Source of the DNA: Phoronis australis
Taxonomy: Eukaryota > Animalia > Phoronida
Length of the DNA: 64,000 nucleotides
Assembly (NCBI GenBank): GCA_002633005.1
Contig: NMRA01000142.1
Span: 1 to 64,000 of the forward strand
Reading direction: 5' to 3'
Shown here: in pieces, positions 39,210 to 52,900 of the stretch
Numbering within the stretch: position 1 is the first letter of the stretch
Layout of the letters: each line of letters starts with the position of its first letter
Translations under genes and position numbers: made by a program
Notes under the pieces: model-generated
Database searches by the model: none
The model's input: the letters and a program-made list of their open reading frames with translations, nothing else
What the model was told of the DNA's origin: nothing

Positions 39210-40671
39210 TCACGTCAGCATCCCTTAGAAATACACTGGCCACGATTTGTTTAAAAATTATCTTTAACGAATTTCCGCGTTCCATTCCGCTGAAAACCCA
39301 TCACAGCCTGGGCTCTTTTTGTTTTCCATTTTTTTTCAAGCATTATGTAAGAAGACCTATTTTTTTCTGTCTCATTCGGTTTGGAGACGCCAACCCTATC
39401 AAAAGCAGTATTGTTAGAATTTCTATAATTGTATAGATTTTCATAAAAGTTTTGATTTCCTGAATAACCTCTTCTTAACAATTGGTTTTAGTATTGTCAA
39501 ATTTCCACAAAATAGGCATAAACTTACATGTGTAATGCCTATTTTCCAAGTGGAGAAAATATTTGGAAGGTTTTCAATCTCTTCAATCCATCTTGCTCTC
39601 GACCTTATTTTGCCTTAGCTCGGCAAGTCGATTACATTCTTGTTCTAGCAGTTCCCTATCAAAGCTTAGATTTTTTTCCAACAAGCTTATTTCTTTGAGA
39701 AGTTGCTGTTCAGCTCTATCACTTTTTCTTTTCAAGTAAGTAGCAAAGGAAATTGTTTTGCCGCGAATCTCCATCAACAACGTATCAAGAAATAGTTGAT
39801 CATTTATACACAATTGTAAATCTCAATTACTTGTAGGCCTACTATCAATTGTCTGAATGTCGTCCGTCATATACTGTTGTTTAACTAATTTAATAGTATC
39901 CTTGACTGCAGCAATATACTCAGAGTTTTTTACGGGAGATTTATTAAACTTTCAAAATGATTTCCTCCTCCTGGAAACATCACTTTAAAAAAAACCGTTA
40001 CCATTGAATGATCGGACCAGTAACCAAATTCTATTATGGAGTCGTCAATATCGGCTAAAAGGTTTTCAGAAATTAGAAAAAATCTAGTCTGGATCGTTTG
40101 ACTTCCAGCTCCCCAAGTGTATTCTTTACTATATAGGAGTTTAGTTCTCGCCACACATCAGCAATAGACAATTCTGTACAAATCCGTGTCTTCGGGTTAT
40201 CAACCTGTCGATAATTAAGCGTGTCCTAAGACTGATCGAGAGCAAGATTAAAATCGCCTGCCCAAATAACAGAGTAATTTCCTTTAGCTTGAATATCTGG
40301 TTTTATTCTTTCAAAAAAGACAGCGAGTCCCTATTTGGACAATACGTATTAACGTAATTCTTGTCTCATTAATAGTAACATCCAAAATTAATTTATTAGC
40401 ATTGTAGTCTTGCCTAATGTTATGTAATTTATACTCAAAAGTGTTCTGAAAGAGGATCGCCAATCCACGGGAGTTTGAGGTATTTGAATTGAAAAATATA
40501 TCCCCACATTGATCTAATATTGTTTTCTTCTCTCCTAGTAAAGTGTGTGTCCTGTAGGCAATAAATAGAGTACTGTTTTTCTCCTAAATAACTGAGAACA
40601 TCTTTTCGTTTTTCATGGAGACCCAGCCATCTGCAGTTCAATGAGGTTATTTTAAGTTCACCTGTCATCAT
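39210..40671 (-). mobile_element. L1/Tx1-clade LINE ORF2 5' part (APE endonuclease and linker), frameshifted
   Basis: LKITSLNCR.LG..EKRKDVL.YL..KQYSIYCLQDTHF; GDFNL; YTW...RFFLIS...SDHS; DQLFLDTLLMEIRGKTISFA. Possible ORF1 and 5'UTR remnants extend to ~43545 (AAAATGGCGG on the minus strand). Confidence 0.85.
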
Positions 40672-41977
40672 TATAACGGTTATGTACATATAACAAATGA
40701 CAATCAAATAATAATGGTACAATCCTGACCCATTCACATCACATACACACAAAACAAAACAAAAACAATACAAACACATCCACGAGCACATCATAGATTT
40801 CACAGAGTACAACATCGATGTGAAATAAGATGTAACACAGGGCAGAAAACACATGAAAACTGATCCTCGTGGTAAGGCTTATCTCCCAGTATTTTGATAA
40901 TGGAAATATAATAAAAAAACATTTAGAAACATTGCCCATACGGTTCTCTTACAAAAAAAGTAGAACGAAATTTAAGGATAACTACATTTCAATAAAGTGG
41001 CTTGGATCTATAGTATGCGTCTGGGACTTGTCGAGAGACCCGCACTGAGCAAACAGATCACACACATAAATAGTAAGGTTGTCTGCACTCCATGCCTACA
41101 CGCAATACAGATTGCCCAACACGAAGCTATGACGCTTAGACCAAAATAGAACAAAATAGAACACAGCTACAACAAGATAAAACTCCGCGACACGGTTGTC
41201 ACGAACTTTGACATAACCTGAGTAGCAGGTACATGTTAGCTGTGAAGACGATATGTTGGGCACAACGGCTAAAACCATGTTTTAACTTGAAAGAAAAACA
41301 GGCTAATCATATACATAGTAATGGCTACCGCCGAAGTACGTTTGTACTGAGGTCTCTCAACAGGGCCCCGAAGTACCTGACAATTATGGTACGCGCATGT
41401 TGCCTCATTGGATCATGACCGCCATCAGGTAAATTGCTCAATCTACCTGACAGTGTGAACATATGTCTGAGGTCTTGAAGTGGAAAAACTAGGTCAGTAG
41501 TACAGGACATAATATAGGACTAAAATCACGGTATCGGTGTCTGATTTTGATTTAATTTATCACTGGCCTGGGTCAATCAAAGACCTTCATCTTTGTACAG
41601 CTGTCTCAGACACCTAAAAAGGCATAACTGACAGAAAGTACAATCTATGGGGTTTCTCGAAAATTAAGAAATTCAACAAATCTATGTTTTGCTACATCCC
41701 TGGCACCGTGAAAAATTTCGAGATACCAAAAATGACCCAAAAGTGCAATTTTGGAAATATTTAACCTCAAATCACAATTCACAACTGCACCGGAGCAAGA
41801 AATAGACCATTATTCGAAGGCTCTTTCACTCTGGATTCAAGAAAGTCAGGTTAAAATATGTTTTTACCAACCAGATTTTTGACAATTTGGAATTTCTGTA
41901 GAGTACCTGGATTCGGGTCAAGAATTCAAGACTAAACAAAAATGTGCTCTCAAACTGGCAGCCCTTCGGTATCCTAG

Positions 41978-43329
41978 AAAGGAGTGTACGAAGAATAGGA
42001 CAGTTCACTCCGCTTCCTTGCCATTCGCAGCAATGGTTATCGGTAAAAACACTAGCGCCCCAAGCTGCGAATAAGCAACAATAATTTAGCGGCGTAGTCC
42101 GAACCATGTAAACACTGATAGACTGATACTCTAATGACGTGCAATAACATTACTGTGTGATTGAAAGTGGGTAAAATACGTAAGCTAACATCCACTTATA
42201 ATCGAATGAGAATGAAAATATGCATTTTAATCAATATCAAAGTGTATTTGCTTTCATTCTCTTAAAGCTCCGCTCAAAAGCAAATTACCGTTCCTCATAA
42301 CATTTAATACCTCAATGAACTATACAATTTTAGTGATTACTCCTGGGCATTCAGGGGGTGTTGCCCCCAGGTGCCAGCAAAGGGGTACAAGGGAGGAGTG
42401 CAAACCAGGTGGGCGCAAAATGGGTGTTGACCCCCCAGGGGTTACATGATAGGAGTGCTAAACAGGTAAAAACCAATGGGGTATGCCACATGAGTGCTGA
42501 TCGAACCCCTCCCATCGTCACAAATTTTGGTTGTTAACCTGACCATTGCCAACATGTGCTGAGGTGGTGATAACATTTGGTCCTAATTTTGAGCATGACC
42601 CCAAGGACATTTGCTTGCAATGGCTGGTGGCCATCATGCCCCAGTACCATCCTTCATTACAAAGGGCTCCCAGCTCTAATTACTGCGCGTTTCATGTCCA
42701 CCTAACAATTTTGAATGTGTTCGCTATTGAATACGCCAGGCTGCTACCAGTGCAGACAATCGGTTTTGCACAGTAGGTGTAACACAAGTAAGAAGAAGAA
42801 AGCAAGAGAATTCATCACTACCACAACACTGTATTCCATATATGTAATTTTAGTAGACACACATTGACAACAAAGTGTCAGCAGAAGGTAGAGCGTAGCC
42901 TGTGCAGCATGGGCGGCGCACCATAGCCTAAAGGTGGTGCCCCACAGGGGGGCTGAGGGGGTTTTACCCCCCACTTTTTTCAGTGCTGCGCCGCCCATGT
43001 GCAGTAGCCTACACTGCAGACGGCAGCGGCACTGGGACTGCGATCGAATTGTCTTCCAACCGTGAACAGAACACACAAAATGAAAGACAATGCATCATAT
43101 TATTGAATAAGAAATAATCCTTACATTTCTGGATCCTTAGGAAACGTAAGAATGACACGTCTGGGTTTTTGTTAATGAATTTGTGCAATTTATCGTACTG
43201 CAAAATGCGCCCTTTCCCATTGTTCTCGCGCTTCCTATTTGACCGTTGCTTATTCACCACTTGGCGGCGCTAGTAGTACCGATGACAGCGAACTCACAAG
43301 TGAACTCTCTTATTGTGCTACACTCCGTG
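41978..43329. mobile_element. Non-autonomous P-superfamily-like DNA transposon, copy 2
   Basis: Arms homologous to 3461-5102 (AAAGGAGTGTACGAAGAATAGGACAGTTCAC ... GTGAACTCTCTTATTGTGCTACACTCCGTG). 7-bp TSD ATCCTAG (41971-41977, 43330-43336). Confidence 0.8.
42908..42999. mobile_element. CATGGGCGGCGC-TIR MITE, 5-bp TSD, nested in the P-like element
   Basis: TIR CATGGGCGGCGCA / TGCGCCGCCCATG. TSD TGCAG. Confidence 0.85.
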
Positions 43330-45739
43330 ATCCTAGTACATAAGAGCACAGGCCAAATTTGTGGACTTATTTCATTCAAAACATCTTGAAGTAACTACTG
43401 AATACCATTTGTGGTAAACACTTCTCCCTTAGTCCTCAAATCTGCTGTCAAACCCGACCCATCAAATTTTATTCATTTTGTGGTGAATTACAGATGAAGG
43501 GCGTGTACCGTGGTCTTAGACCTTTCTATTTACTCCGCCATTTTAATTGACTTTCTATTAAGCATTTCGTGAATTTGACCTGGATGAAAATGCTGGTTGT
43601 AACTCATAATGTTAATTACGATAATGAAAAAACAAATGAATTTAAGTGTTTCTTTAAACTGATACATTTTCCATATTCTTTTGAAACTTATAATTTTTAA
43701 AAACAAGCTTGAGTGTATTTTTTAGTTCATATCAAAATGACATCTGTCAGAGATTAACTTGCGGAGAAATAGCTTTCCATGCAACCAGACATGTAGGATA
43801 CTCGACTTAGAGAGACTATCGATGTTTACGCAACGCAGCTTGTCTGGCCGAATGTCAATGCAAATATACTGCTGTCGTTATTCGAACTCAGTACGTGGAA
43901 AGGACAACCGGAAATAATCAGTGCAAACTATCGAGGTCAGCTCCATGAGCATCTCGCGATCACAAGCTCTCAGGGGGCATGGCTTACTCCCGGCTGAGTT
44001 ACTCATGACACTTGCGAAGAGTTTGTAACGAGAAATCTTCGCTTATGGAACGCAACTGGCTATTCCAGTCTTACCGACAAAGTAGCTCAGTGGCCACTAG
44101 TTTGGTAAGATACATTTATTATCTCTTGAGCTTCCTCGAGAAAACTCGTCTTTTATTCGCGTAATTTTGTGTGGTCTTGCTTTTCAGTTCGGCCACTTTC
44201 AAAATTACACATCGGTTTAGACTTAGCCGATGCACGCTAGTGATTGGCAAAATGCTAGGGCAGCAGCTAATTTCGTTTCTTTACAGCACTCTCATGTGGT
44301 GACAAGGGCACTGAAAATATCAACGCTATGCCTATGGTACCAAGAATGTCTGGCCTATACGCCACTACGCATGCCCCAATTAAGGTCTGGTGTAGATGAC
44401 AACCATGGGGTCTTCCGCCGAGCAAGAGAATTGCACACTTGCCAAATAACATCCTCTGAATCTCCAGAATCGCTTACAATCACCGTGGGTTCCAGTTGGA
44501 CTCAAGCTCAGTAGGCGAGCATAAGTTGTTGTCTGTTCGAAAACCAACGTTTCCGCATAGCAAGCTATGGCGGGTAAAACGCCGATCAGTTTCGTGACCA
44601 TCTTCATCACGTGCCGTCCAGCAAGCACGCGTTAAAAAGAACACCTCTCCCTTTGTACATGTCACGCCAGGACACATTTCTTCAAATTTTCATCCGCCAT
44701 CCCGCTTCCTTTAATTTCATTTTACAAACGAAAACGATCTTCAGTTTTGCGTGTTGCTACGTCATAGTGTTTTCAATAGACCTCTTTGTTTATTGCCGCC
44801 ATTTTGATTTGCGCAAAGATTTCTGGGGAAAATGTTGATGTTCGGAGGAGATTCGCAGCAACACACCTGTAGGCTTAGTTCTGAGCACGGGTGCGATAAC
44901 CTGAGTGACCAAAAGGACAGTTATGTTGAAATAAGATTTTAGGTTTTGAATATCACTTGCAGACGTAGGAGCGTGAAAATTATACCAAGATCGTTAAATT
45001 TCAGTAATAACATAAAAATAAAAAACCAATCCGCCACAATCCGAAATACGTTTCTTAAATGAGCGTAAAAGATTCCATTGAAATTGGCTGAGTTTATGTG
45101 ATTACCGTTTCCAAGCAATGTCAGCCGATCTTTTTGTCTTTTATGTTATTTAGTTTTCAGTTTTAATTCAAACCAACACCTGGTTTGATTTCGAAACCAT
45201 CAGAATGAGCGCTCACGAGTGAGTGCTTTTTCTGAAAAATCGCTGATAAATATAAAGACAATCTTTCGTAAGCAATTTACTTTGAACGCCAGACATAACA
45301 GACCTCCATATGCAAGATATGAGAATAATATTCCATCAACGATGAAAACATGTTTTGTCACTCCACAGCAACTGGAATTCACAATGACATTTTTTAATCG
45401 ACATATTTTCATCGTCGCAAACACAAAAGTTAGAATTCATTCTTAAAGTTCAATTATTCGGTAAAAACGCAGGATTGAGTTTACAGTTTGACTTCATCAG
45501 CAGATTTTTCTTAAAAGTCACAAAACACTTTTCTAACATCCAGCTCAGGTAATTTTCTTGCTTTGAATTAGCGCTCTCTCGGGGAAGCTCTTTTAGTGGT
45601 GCAATTTTTGGAAATTTTCAATAGGTTTTAACGTAAGCCAGCCTACAATTTCCAACTGCAAAGCAAACGTGAGGGTTTAATCTGGACGTAAACTAATGAG
45701 GAAGCATGTATACATGAGCGTGCACTCACCGCAGGCCAG

Positions 45740-45874
45740 CCTCCCGTTCAGTAACGCTAGGACCTCGCTAAACAGCAAGACTTCGCGAGATTACGTGAGA
45801 TATTGCCGTGCATTTTAAACGAGAACACGTTTGTCTAGGTCTTAGCTAGGTCTTGGCGTCTACTGAACGCACGC
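45740..45874. mobile_element. MITE with CWG TSD, copy 2
   Basis: Close copy of 7068-7218. TSD CAG. Confidence 0.75.
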
Positions 45875-46248
45875 CAGGTTTACTGACCGAGCATTGACAA
45901 AAGTATTCACTGCAAACCGCGAGCCAAATAACAGTGCGTATAAATTTTTTAAATGTCAATTTCAAGGATTGGTTTACTCAGGACATTTGGTTCACGTATA
46001 GGCGCAAGCACTTGATTCCGAATATAGATGTAGCTTCGAATGTAGGGGCGGCACCTTAATACGGGCATCGACCGCCAAAATAAAACGTTGTACTTATCAG
46101 TTATGGACTTTTGCAAGAAAAGGTGACATTTTAAAGATCTTAGAAAGAGTTACATTTTTATCCTTCTGTGTCTTCCCCTTTTCTGAAAGTTCAGATATTG
46201 CGCTAGATTTGATATCGATAATGCGTTGAGCTGAACCAAGACATAAGG

Positions 46249-46556
46249 CAGTAACGGATTTAGGGAGGGGGGCAGAGGGCCCGCCCCTCCCCCCCCCCCT
46301 TGGCTGCCGCAAAAAATAAAAAAGCAAGAGCGTAAGGAAATGTTNNNNNNNNNNNNNNNNNNNNNNNNNNNNNNNNNNNNNNNNNNNNNNNNNNNNNNNN
46401 NNNNNNNNNNNNNNNNNNNNNNNNNNNNNNNNNNNNNNNNGTCCACATCCCCAGCCCCCCGCAACTTTCAGGCCGCCAGTGCAAATGCAACTGCGCTTCG
46501 CCCAATTCCCCTAGGCAAAATGTTGCCCCCCTTATGGTATCCTAGATCCGCCACTG
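46249..46556. mobile_element. CAGT(G/A)(G/A)CGGAT-TIR MITE spanning assembly gap 46345-46440
   Basis: CAGTAACGGATTTAGG ... CCTAGATCCGCCACTG. Confidence 0.55.
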
Positions 46557-46959
46557 AGTAATCACTAAGTATAACACGAAGACAGACACCACCGCTACGT
46601 ACGCGGAGTGTGACATGTCCTTAGCTTTTATGTAACAGCATGATGAAGGAATTAAAAGTAACCGCCAATCAGACTGTGAGCTGATCTCTCTTGTTGCGAG
46701 GGTCAGCCTTCGTTGCTAAGTCACTTGGTCAGCGAATCACGAGTCGTAACAGATTGGAATCGGCTAGTTTCAACTAGGAGCTAGTTTAGTAGTAGAACCC
46801 AGGCGGTAGGTGACGTGGTAAGCTTATATTCAGTAAAAAAACAGATTACAGATTTCGTGCTGAGTTATCACTGAAACCGGTTCAGAGAACTGTCTGCAGG
46901 CAATTCAGTGTAAAAATCAGAAGTCAAGTCGATAATCAGTCTATCTGTATAGATAAATC

Positions 46960-46977
46960 ATGGCAGTACTTAAAAAA
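46960..46977 (+). CDS. SLC16 candidate first coding exon (MAVLKK)
   Basis: AATCATGG start followed by a perfect GTAAGT donor in phase 0, matching the acceptor at 51592. CCAAT boxes at ~46665 and ~46752 upstream. Confidence 0.55.
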
Positions 46978-49900
46978 GTAAGTCAATAGAGATGTGGACG
47001 TGCTTAATTGTTGTACACAAGAAAATAGAATCACGGTTGATTCATTAATGTCTCAGGCGTAGTTTTTTTTGTGAAACTGTGTCTTAAACAAACTCTAAAC
47101 AACGAAATGTGGCTACTGCCAGGATTAGTTTGAATTTCATTGATTACAAGACCGGTTGATGGATTTGCAATTCCTATTCAACGATGACCTGATGTTGACG
47201 ATTTTTGTGTGTTTTGTTTTATTTTGGTTCTTTTTTATTTTTAAAATTTTTGTTACCCATGGATTTAATGTATTGTTACTATAGCGTGATAGTTTCGGAT
47301 AAACCTTTATGGACTTGATAAACTCATGCCTCCCGAAATGAGTTTGCAGGTTTTGGCCTCATGCCAATTGTAAGACATCTCCTTGGCGCTTGTATGCGTG
47401 CTCATTTAAAGCCGCATTGCAACATATTCTGAAAACATTAAGTTAACTTTCTTTGCAGGAGTATTTAGTATACCAAAGCACCATCATCGAGTTGCTTTAT
47501 TTTGTTTGAATTTTGAAACTGGTTGCTGTGACAATAAAACGCCTTTGAACTCCCCTGGCGGCCGCATTGTCTACACGACTGAAACTAACCCGCCGTGACA
47601 AATAGATACCAGTCTGATGCATTAACGAACGGTCGGTTGTCCTCAAGCCTAGACATCATTTCTAATCTGAGACACAAACAAGTTGTGGCGTATTTTGTTA
47701 CATCACTCAACTGGCCTAAGTTAAAAGTTGTTTTTCGATCCCAGAAGGCGAGAGGGCTTTATTATTGTATCTTTAAATAATCTGAGCGGGAAATGAGGTG
47801 TTTATTTTATGCCTGCCCAATGCCTTAGTCCATAGTGGTGGTTGATGGAAGTGGCTGTAACGAGTCCTTGTTTTGTTTTGTTTTTAGGTGTCTAAAAGGG
47901 TGCTAAACTCAGCTAACCTGACTTTCACAAGCCTCGATTTTGCAACCGTACTCAGTACAAAACAAAAAATATATTCCTTGCTTCTCACTGGCTAAAGAGT
48001 TGTTACTGTCATAGTAGGCAAGCGATGCATGCAATCCTTTGAAAAGTCCGACAGTTTTTCGTTGTTCGTGACTTTCATCATGGAAAAGTTTTGCGACCTT
48101 TTGTACCTTTGACAGGAATGGCGACTTTAATTTATCTAAGGCAAATAAACAAAGATGCAAACATTGAATGAACTTTTAGGTTATGCTTTGTAGAAGACGA
48201 ATGATAACCCGCTTATAACGACTGGAATGTTCAACTGTTTTAATAGACATCCCAGGCTGTGATCTTCACAAAAACCTTTAGAAATTAGTGTATAAGTATC
48301 TGACTAGTGTGTATTTATATAAAAATTTAACGTGCTAAGTCAAGCCACCATTCAATTATCGCTGATGAAATATTGTTCTCAATCATCATGATTTTAAGTT
48401 GATGTTTAGTCTCATTTCCAAACACTGTTTTAAACTATAGCCTACCGCATTGTTACTTTCTGTCGACGTTCTATTGAAAATTATCGACAGTTGCATTAGA
48501 TAAAGTGTAGGTGAACTGTAATTTAATTGACTTGTGTAACAGCAGTCATAAATGTAGTTTGTCAGTGGGCCAAATTCAGGTGAGATGTATATTTTGCTTG
48601 AGTCCGCCACGAATAGACAAATTTTTCAGTGGGCCAAATTCAGGTGAGATGTATATTTTGCTTGAGTCCGCCACGAATAGACAAAATTTTCGCATGCGTC
48701 ATACACTTTCACCTGAAATGTCCTGGTGATGGGGTGACATCAAACGCGTGCCTGTTCAGTAGACATAACACTTGCGAAAACACAAGATCACGCAATTCTT
48801 CGCGAGATATCGTCATGAATTACACGCAATGCCCGTGATCACACTGTCTTTACTCGTCAGATTCTTGCATTTACGGAACTTAGACCAATGGTCCCGTGTC
48901 ATTAACTTTTTCTGTCTCAACTAAGTCGGGCTAACTTAAGACCAAAATGTCTTAGCCACGTTTCATGGAATTTCTTAAGTCCAAAATTAAGACCGCAATC
49001 TGTGTAAACTAATACCTGAAGTTAGTCTGCTTAAGATTGGGCTTTTGGTCTCAATGACCAAAATTTAGGACCATTATCACTGCAGACTGTTTAGGAACAA
49101 ATTTTGTTGATATTTTTTCACAATCGAATGCCTCTAAATACACGATGTCAAATTGAGGACCTGCTTTCGATTTGAATAGAATCAGGCAATGGCGTAGAGA
49201 CCAATGCAGTGCGACTTACCGGCACATGTGAAATGGTATTTTCCAGCCGCACTAGGGTGCTCACAAGGAAACGAGGGTCCAACTGTGTCCAAAATGTAAA
49301 CAAATCCCCGTTTAGAGTTTTAAGACCAAGCTTATTCTAATTGAAACCGTATTTCACACACCACCTCGCGTAGTTTTGTGAATTCGTAAAAGGTGGCGAA
49401 AACGTAGGTAAAAACCCGACTTAATTTCTGCCAAAATTAAGACCGAAGACCAAAAATTGACTTTGTGTTCACGAGACAGTCTCTTTGGAATTTTTGTCTT
49501 CTGTCTTAGCTTAGCCCAAATTTCGATCTTAACTTAGACAAATTTTTGGTCTTAAGTCTTAAGTCAATTTTCCTGAAACTTGACCCATGCTAAAGGTAAT
49601 CTTATCATTTATGATCGACATATGTCCCGAATAATACATAAATGATATGTGCGTCGCAAGCTCGTTACCAGAGATGAAAAGGAGACCGAGGTCATACAGT
49701 GCTGCGTTAATCTCAAAATAGTATGAGCAACACCTTCTCGTTTCAAACGATCTGTTCTAGTATCAGTTCATGTAGAAAAACGAATAAATTAATATCTAAT
49801 ACAATATCACCCAGACAATCCCATCATATAAGCAATGGATGTTTTGGTAAATGCAATATATAGGTCTATGGATATATAGGATATAGGCCACTCAAAAGAA

Positions 49901-52900
49901 TACAGGCAGTGGTCTATCTACCCTCTGACACAGCGCCACCTATACTGAAAAGAGGCCCTGTGGAAACATGATGAAAGATCACACGGGATTCCGTGTGTAG
50001 GCATCAATGCGCATGTCTTGGTCGGAAGTATACCGATCACATCGCCACCACTTGCAAACGCCTTTATGTTCTGTACTTGTTTGGGCTTAAGCCACTGGAT
50101 CGGGGCTCCCTTTATTTTGTTTACTTCATCACTGCCCGTTTTAATAAATTGCAACTATTCAAGCCAAAGGTGGTCGCCATACTACGCAACAGTAAACCGA
50201 AAGGGGTTTCCCAGATATCAACCAATGGGAATGACTGAATGTTATGACGCCGGTTTCAATACTTTAAGCAATGAGAAGCCATGTTAAACAACATTCGACA
50301 GTGCTACCTTTCGTAGCACTGTGAAACAGTGTATGGATTATCCTAAATGTATATCAGGAGTACCACAGAATCATACGCACGAGCATCCGAATCATACGCA
50401 CAAACCACCTACGAACCTATGAATCATACATATGAACCCAAAAATCACGCATACGAACAAAAATCATGCGCACGAACACAAAAAAACATAAATAAGAACA
50501 CAAAATCATACACACGAGTATCAAATCATACGCTCGAATTACCAAACGATAAAGTTTCCGTGGGTGTTTCGACGCTTGTGTGTATGATTTTCTGTTCGTA
50601 TGTATGTTTTTTGTGTTCATGCGCATGATTTTTGTTCGTATGCGAGATTTTTGGGTTCGTATGCATGATCCATTAGTTCGTATGCATGATTCATAGGTTC
50701 GTAGGTGGTTCGTGCTTAATATGCGATGCTCGTGCGTATGATGTTGTGTCACTTTTGCACGTCCAGTGTCGCCATCTAGCGAGTCGATAGAACAATAAAT
50801 GATCGCCATCTTAATTCAGACTCTCGTTGTTTCACTGTCAAGTAACTGATCAAACATATGATTCTATGGCGCCCCTGTATATAGGACAGGCCACTCAAAT
50901 GTGGATTTAATTGGGAGATGTAGACAGGTAGTTGGTTACCGTCTGTATTGGGATATCCGCCTGCACGGATCCAGGATCATGGGCGGAGAAATATGGCCTA
51001 CAATGCAACAATGTGAAAGTGTCTCCTAGAACACCCCTGGATCCTCGCCTGAGCAGTCAACCTTATTTGGCTGAGAAGCAGCTACAGCGTACATTCACGT
51101 CGCTTGTCTGTCTCGTGGTCGTGCGTTAATTATTACAACAGTAAAGTTATACGGACAACACAGCAAAATTGTAAAAAAAATAATTTAAATTAGGTCGGTA
51201 CGGTTTGCCAAAACGTCGCAAAGCACTGTCGTTTGTTTTCGAAATTTACTAGTTTCAAAACATTAGTATAGTGCGTTTTATTTCTTGTAGCATATTATCG
51301 ATTTCAAAAAATGGTGTTTGGTTGAGTTTTGTTATTTTGGCGTTAAATAGTAGCAAGCGATTGTATTCGGTTGTATGGTAAATATTTAGTTACAGAAAAC
51401 TATAATAAAGTCACAATTCAACTATGATATCCGGGTACGAAATGTTGGCACAATATTGTCAGCTTGTGGTAGAGACTACGACGGCCTTCACCATAAGTTG
51501 ATAACATCGGGGAGAATTACACGGTAGGAAAAACAAAGCAGCAGACCCGTTTCAAATTGGGTTTCACCTGCTACCTTTCTGTGTGTATTTAGTTGATGTT
51601 ATTACAGAACAAGGACTCTCGAGACCATGGCTGGGCATGGGTCGTTCTATTCTCCGGCGTCCTGGCCAACTTGATCATGTGGGGCAGTTGCTACAATGTT
51701 GGAATATTGAATGTATTGTTTCTTGATGCGCTCCGCGATTCACGAGGGAAAACGGCCTGGATTGGCGCTGTGTACACGTGTCTCATATCCATGTTAGGTA
51801 AGCAATGAAGCGGAATTTATTAGCATTCTACCTTAGTATTACGATTTGTGGAATATTCGTCGTCCAGGCCACCTGTTGGCTGTAAATGTAAAACTTACGT
51901 GGTTGCATTGAGTTAATTATCCTTTGGATAACTGGCATCCCACAATGACGTCATCCATCTATAAAAAGGTCAATTAACATTTTGATATCTTTCATACACA
52001 TGAGTTATGGGAATCCATCCTCAACTTAGCCTTACGTTACGTGGCAGGTTTTCCACAAGTCGTTATTCTAGGCATTTGAAAGAGGGAGCCGCAAAACATC
52101 CTGCGAAACATGGCCTTTCCATGAACAAAACCTGATACATAATATTAATCAACAACTCTTTCCATACAAAATTCAAAGTTTAACTACAAAAACTTCTTTA
52201 AGAGAGGAGCAACATTTTGAGAATATTTGAAAGTAGAAGAGTCGATCTTTTTACATCACGTAATTATTAGAAATGGAGATACAGTATAGAGTTCGAGGTC
52301 AAAGTGTTCCTAGCATTTCATAATTTGAAGATTTTTTATTATCAGATTCTTCTTTGCACACTATACAATCAATAAATATACTTTCTGAAATTTACTTTGC
52401 AGATGAACCTGTACTTCAAGATTGTAATATACGCATTCAAGGTTTAATCTAAATGCATCCTGTTAACGATTAAATATATAAACCTTTCATATTTGGACTG
52501 CATGACTTCAACTAGTAGTTCATTTCTTTTATCAATAGAAGATTTCGAAAAGCCTGTTTCTTACTCTTCACTGAAGGTCCCGTGTCAAGTATGTTCGTGA
52601 ACAAGATCGGCTTTAGATGGACGATAATTCTGGGGGGAGCACTCACCTCAGCAGGATCGATCATCAGTTATTTTGCAACAGATGTCGTGCATTTGATCCT
52701 TTCTCTTGGAGTCTTAGGAGGTAAGATAAATGGCGTCAATTGGGAAAGGGGTGCGCAATTACCTAAAACTGCTACTGATCACTGTTTGAGGTGTTGGGAA
52801 ATGAAATGTAACAGAATTCGGACACATTTATACAGAAATTGCTGGAATATCAGGAGTAAAATAATTTAAAAAATTTTTGCAGTTTCGTATAAAAAGTGAA

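Noticed and set aside
42518-42676. SOCS SH2 reading of GWYWG
   Set aside because: No downstream FLVRDS-type motif; Cys spacing and CKQM/AHVG fit SRCR better.
50347-50809. Regularly spaced ~21-bp repeats and 93/130-aa ORFs, superficially CRISPR-like
   Set aside because: Units are contiguous, diverged and arranged as inverted arms with no unique spacers or cas genes; this is a eukaryotic foldback TE.
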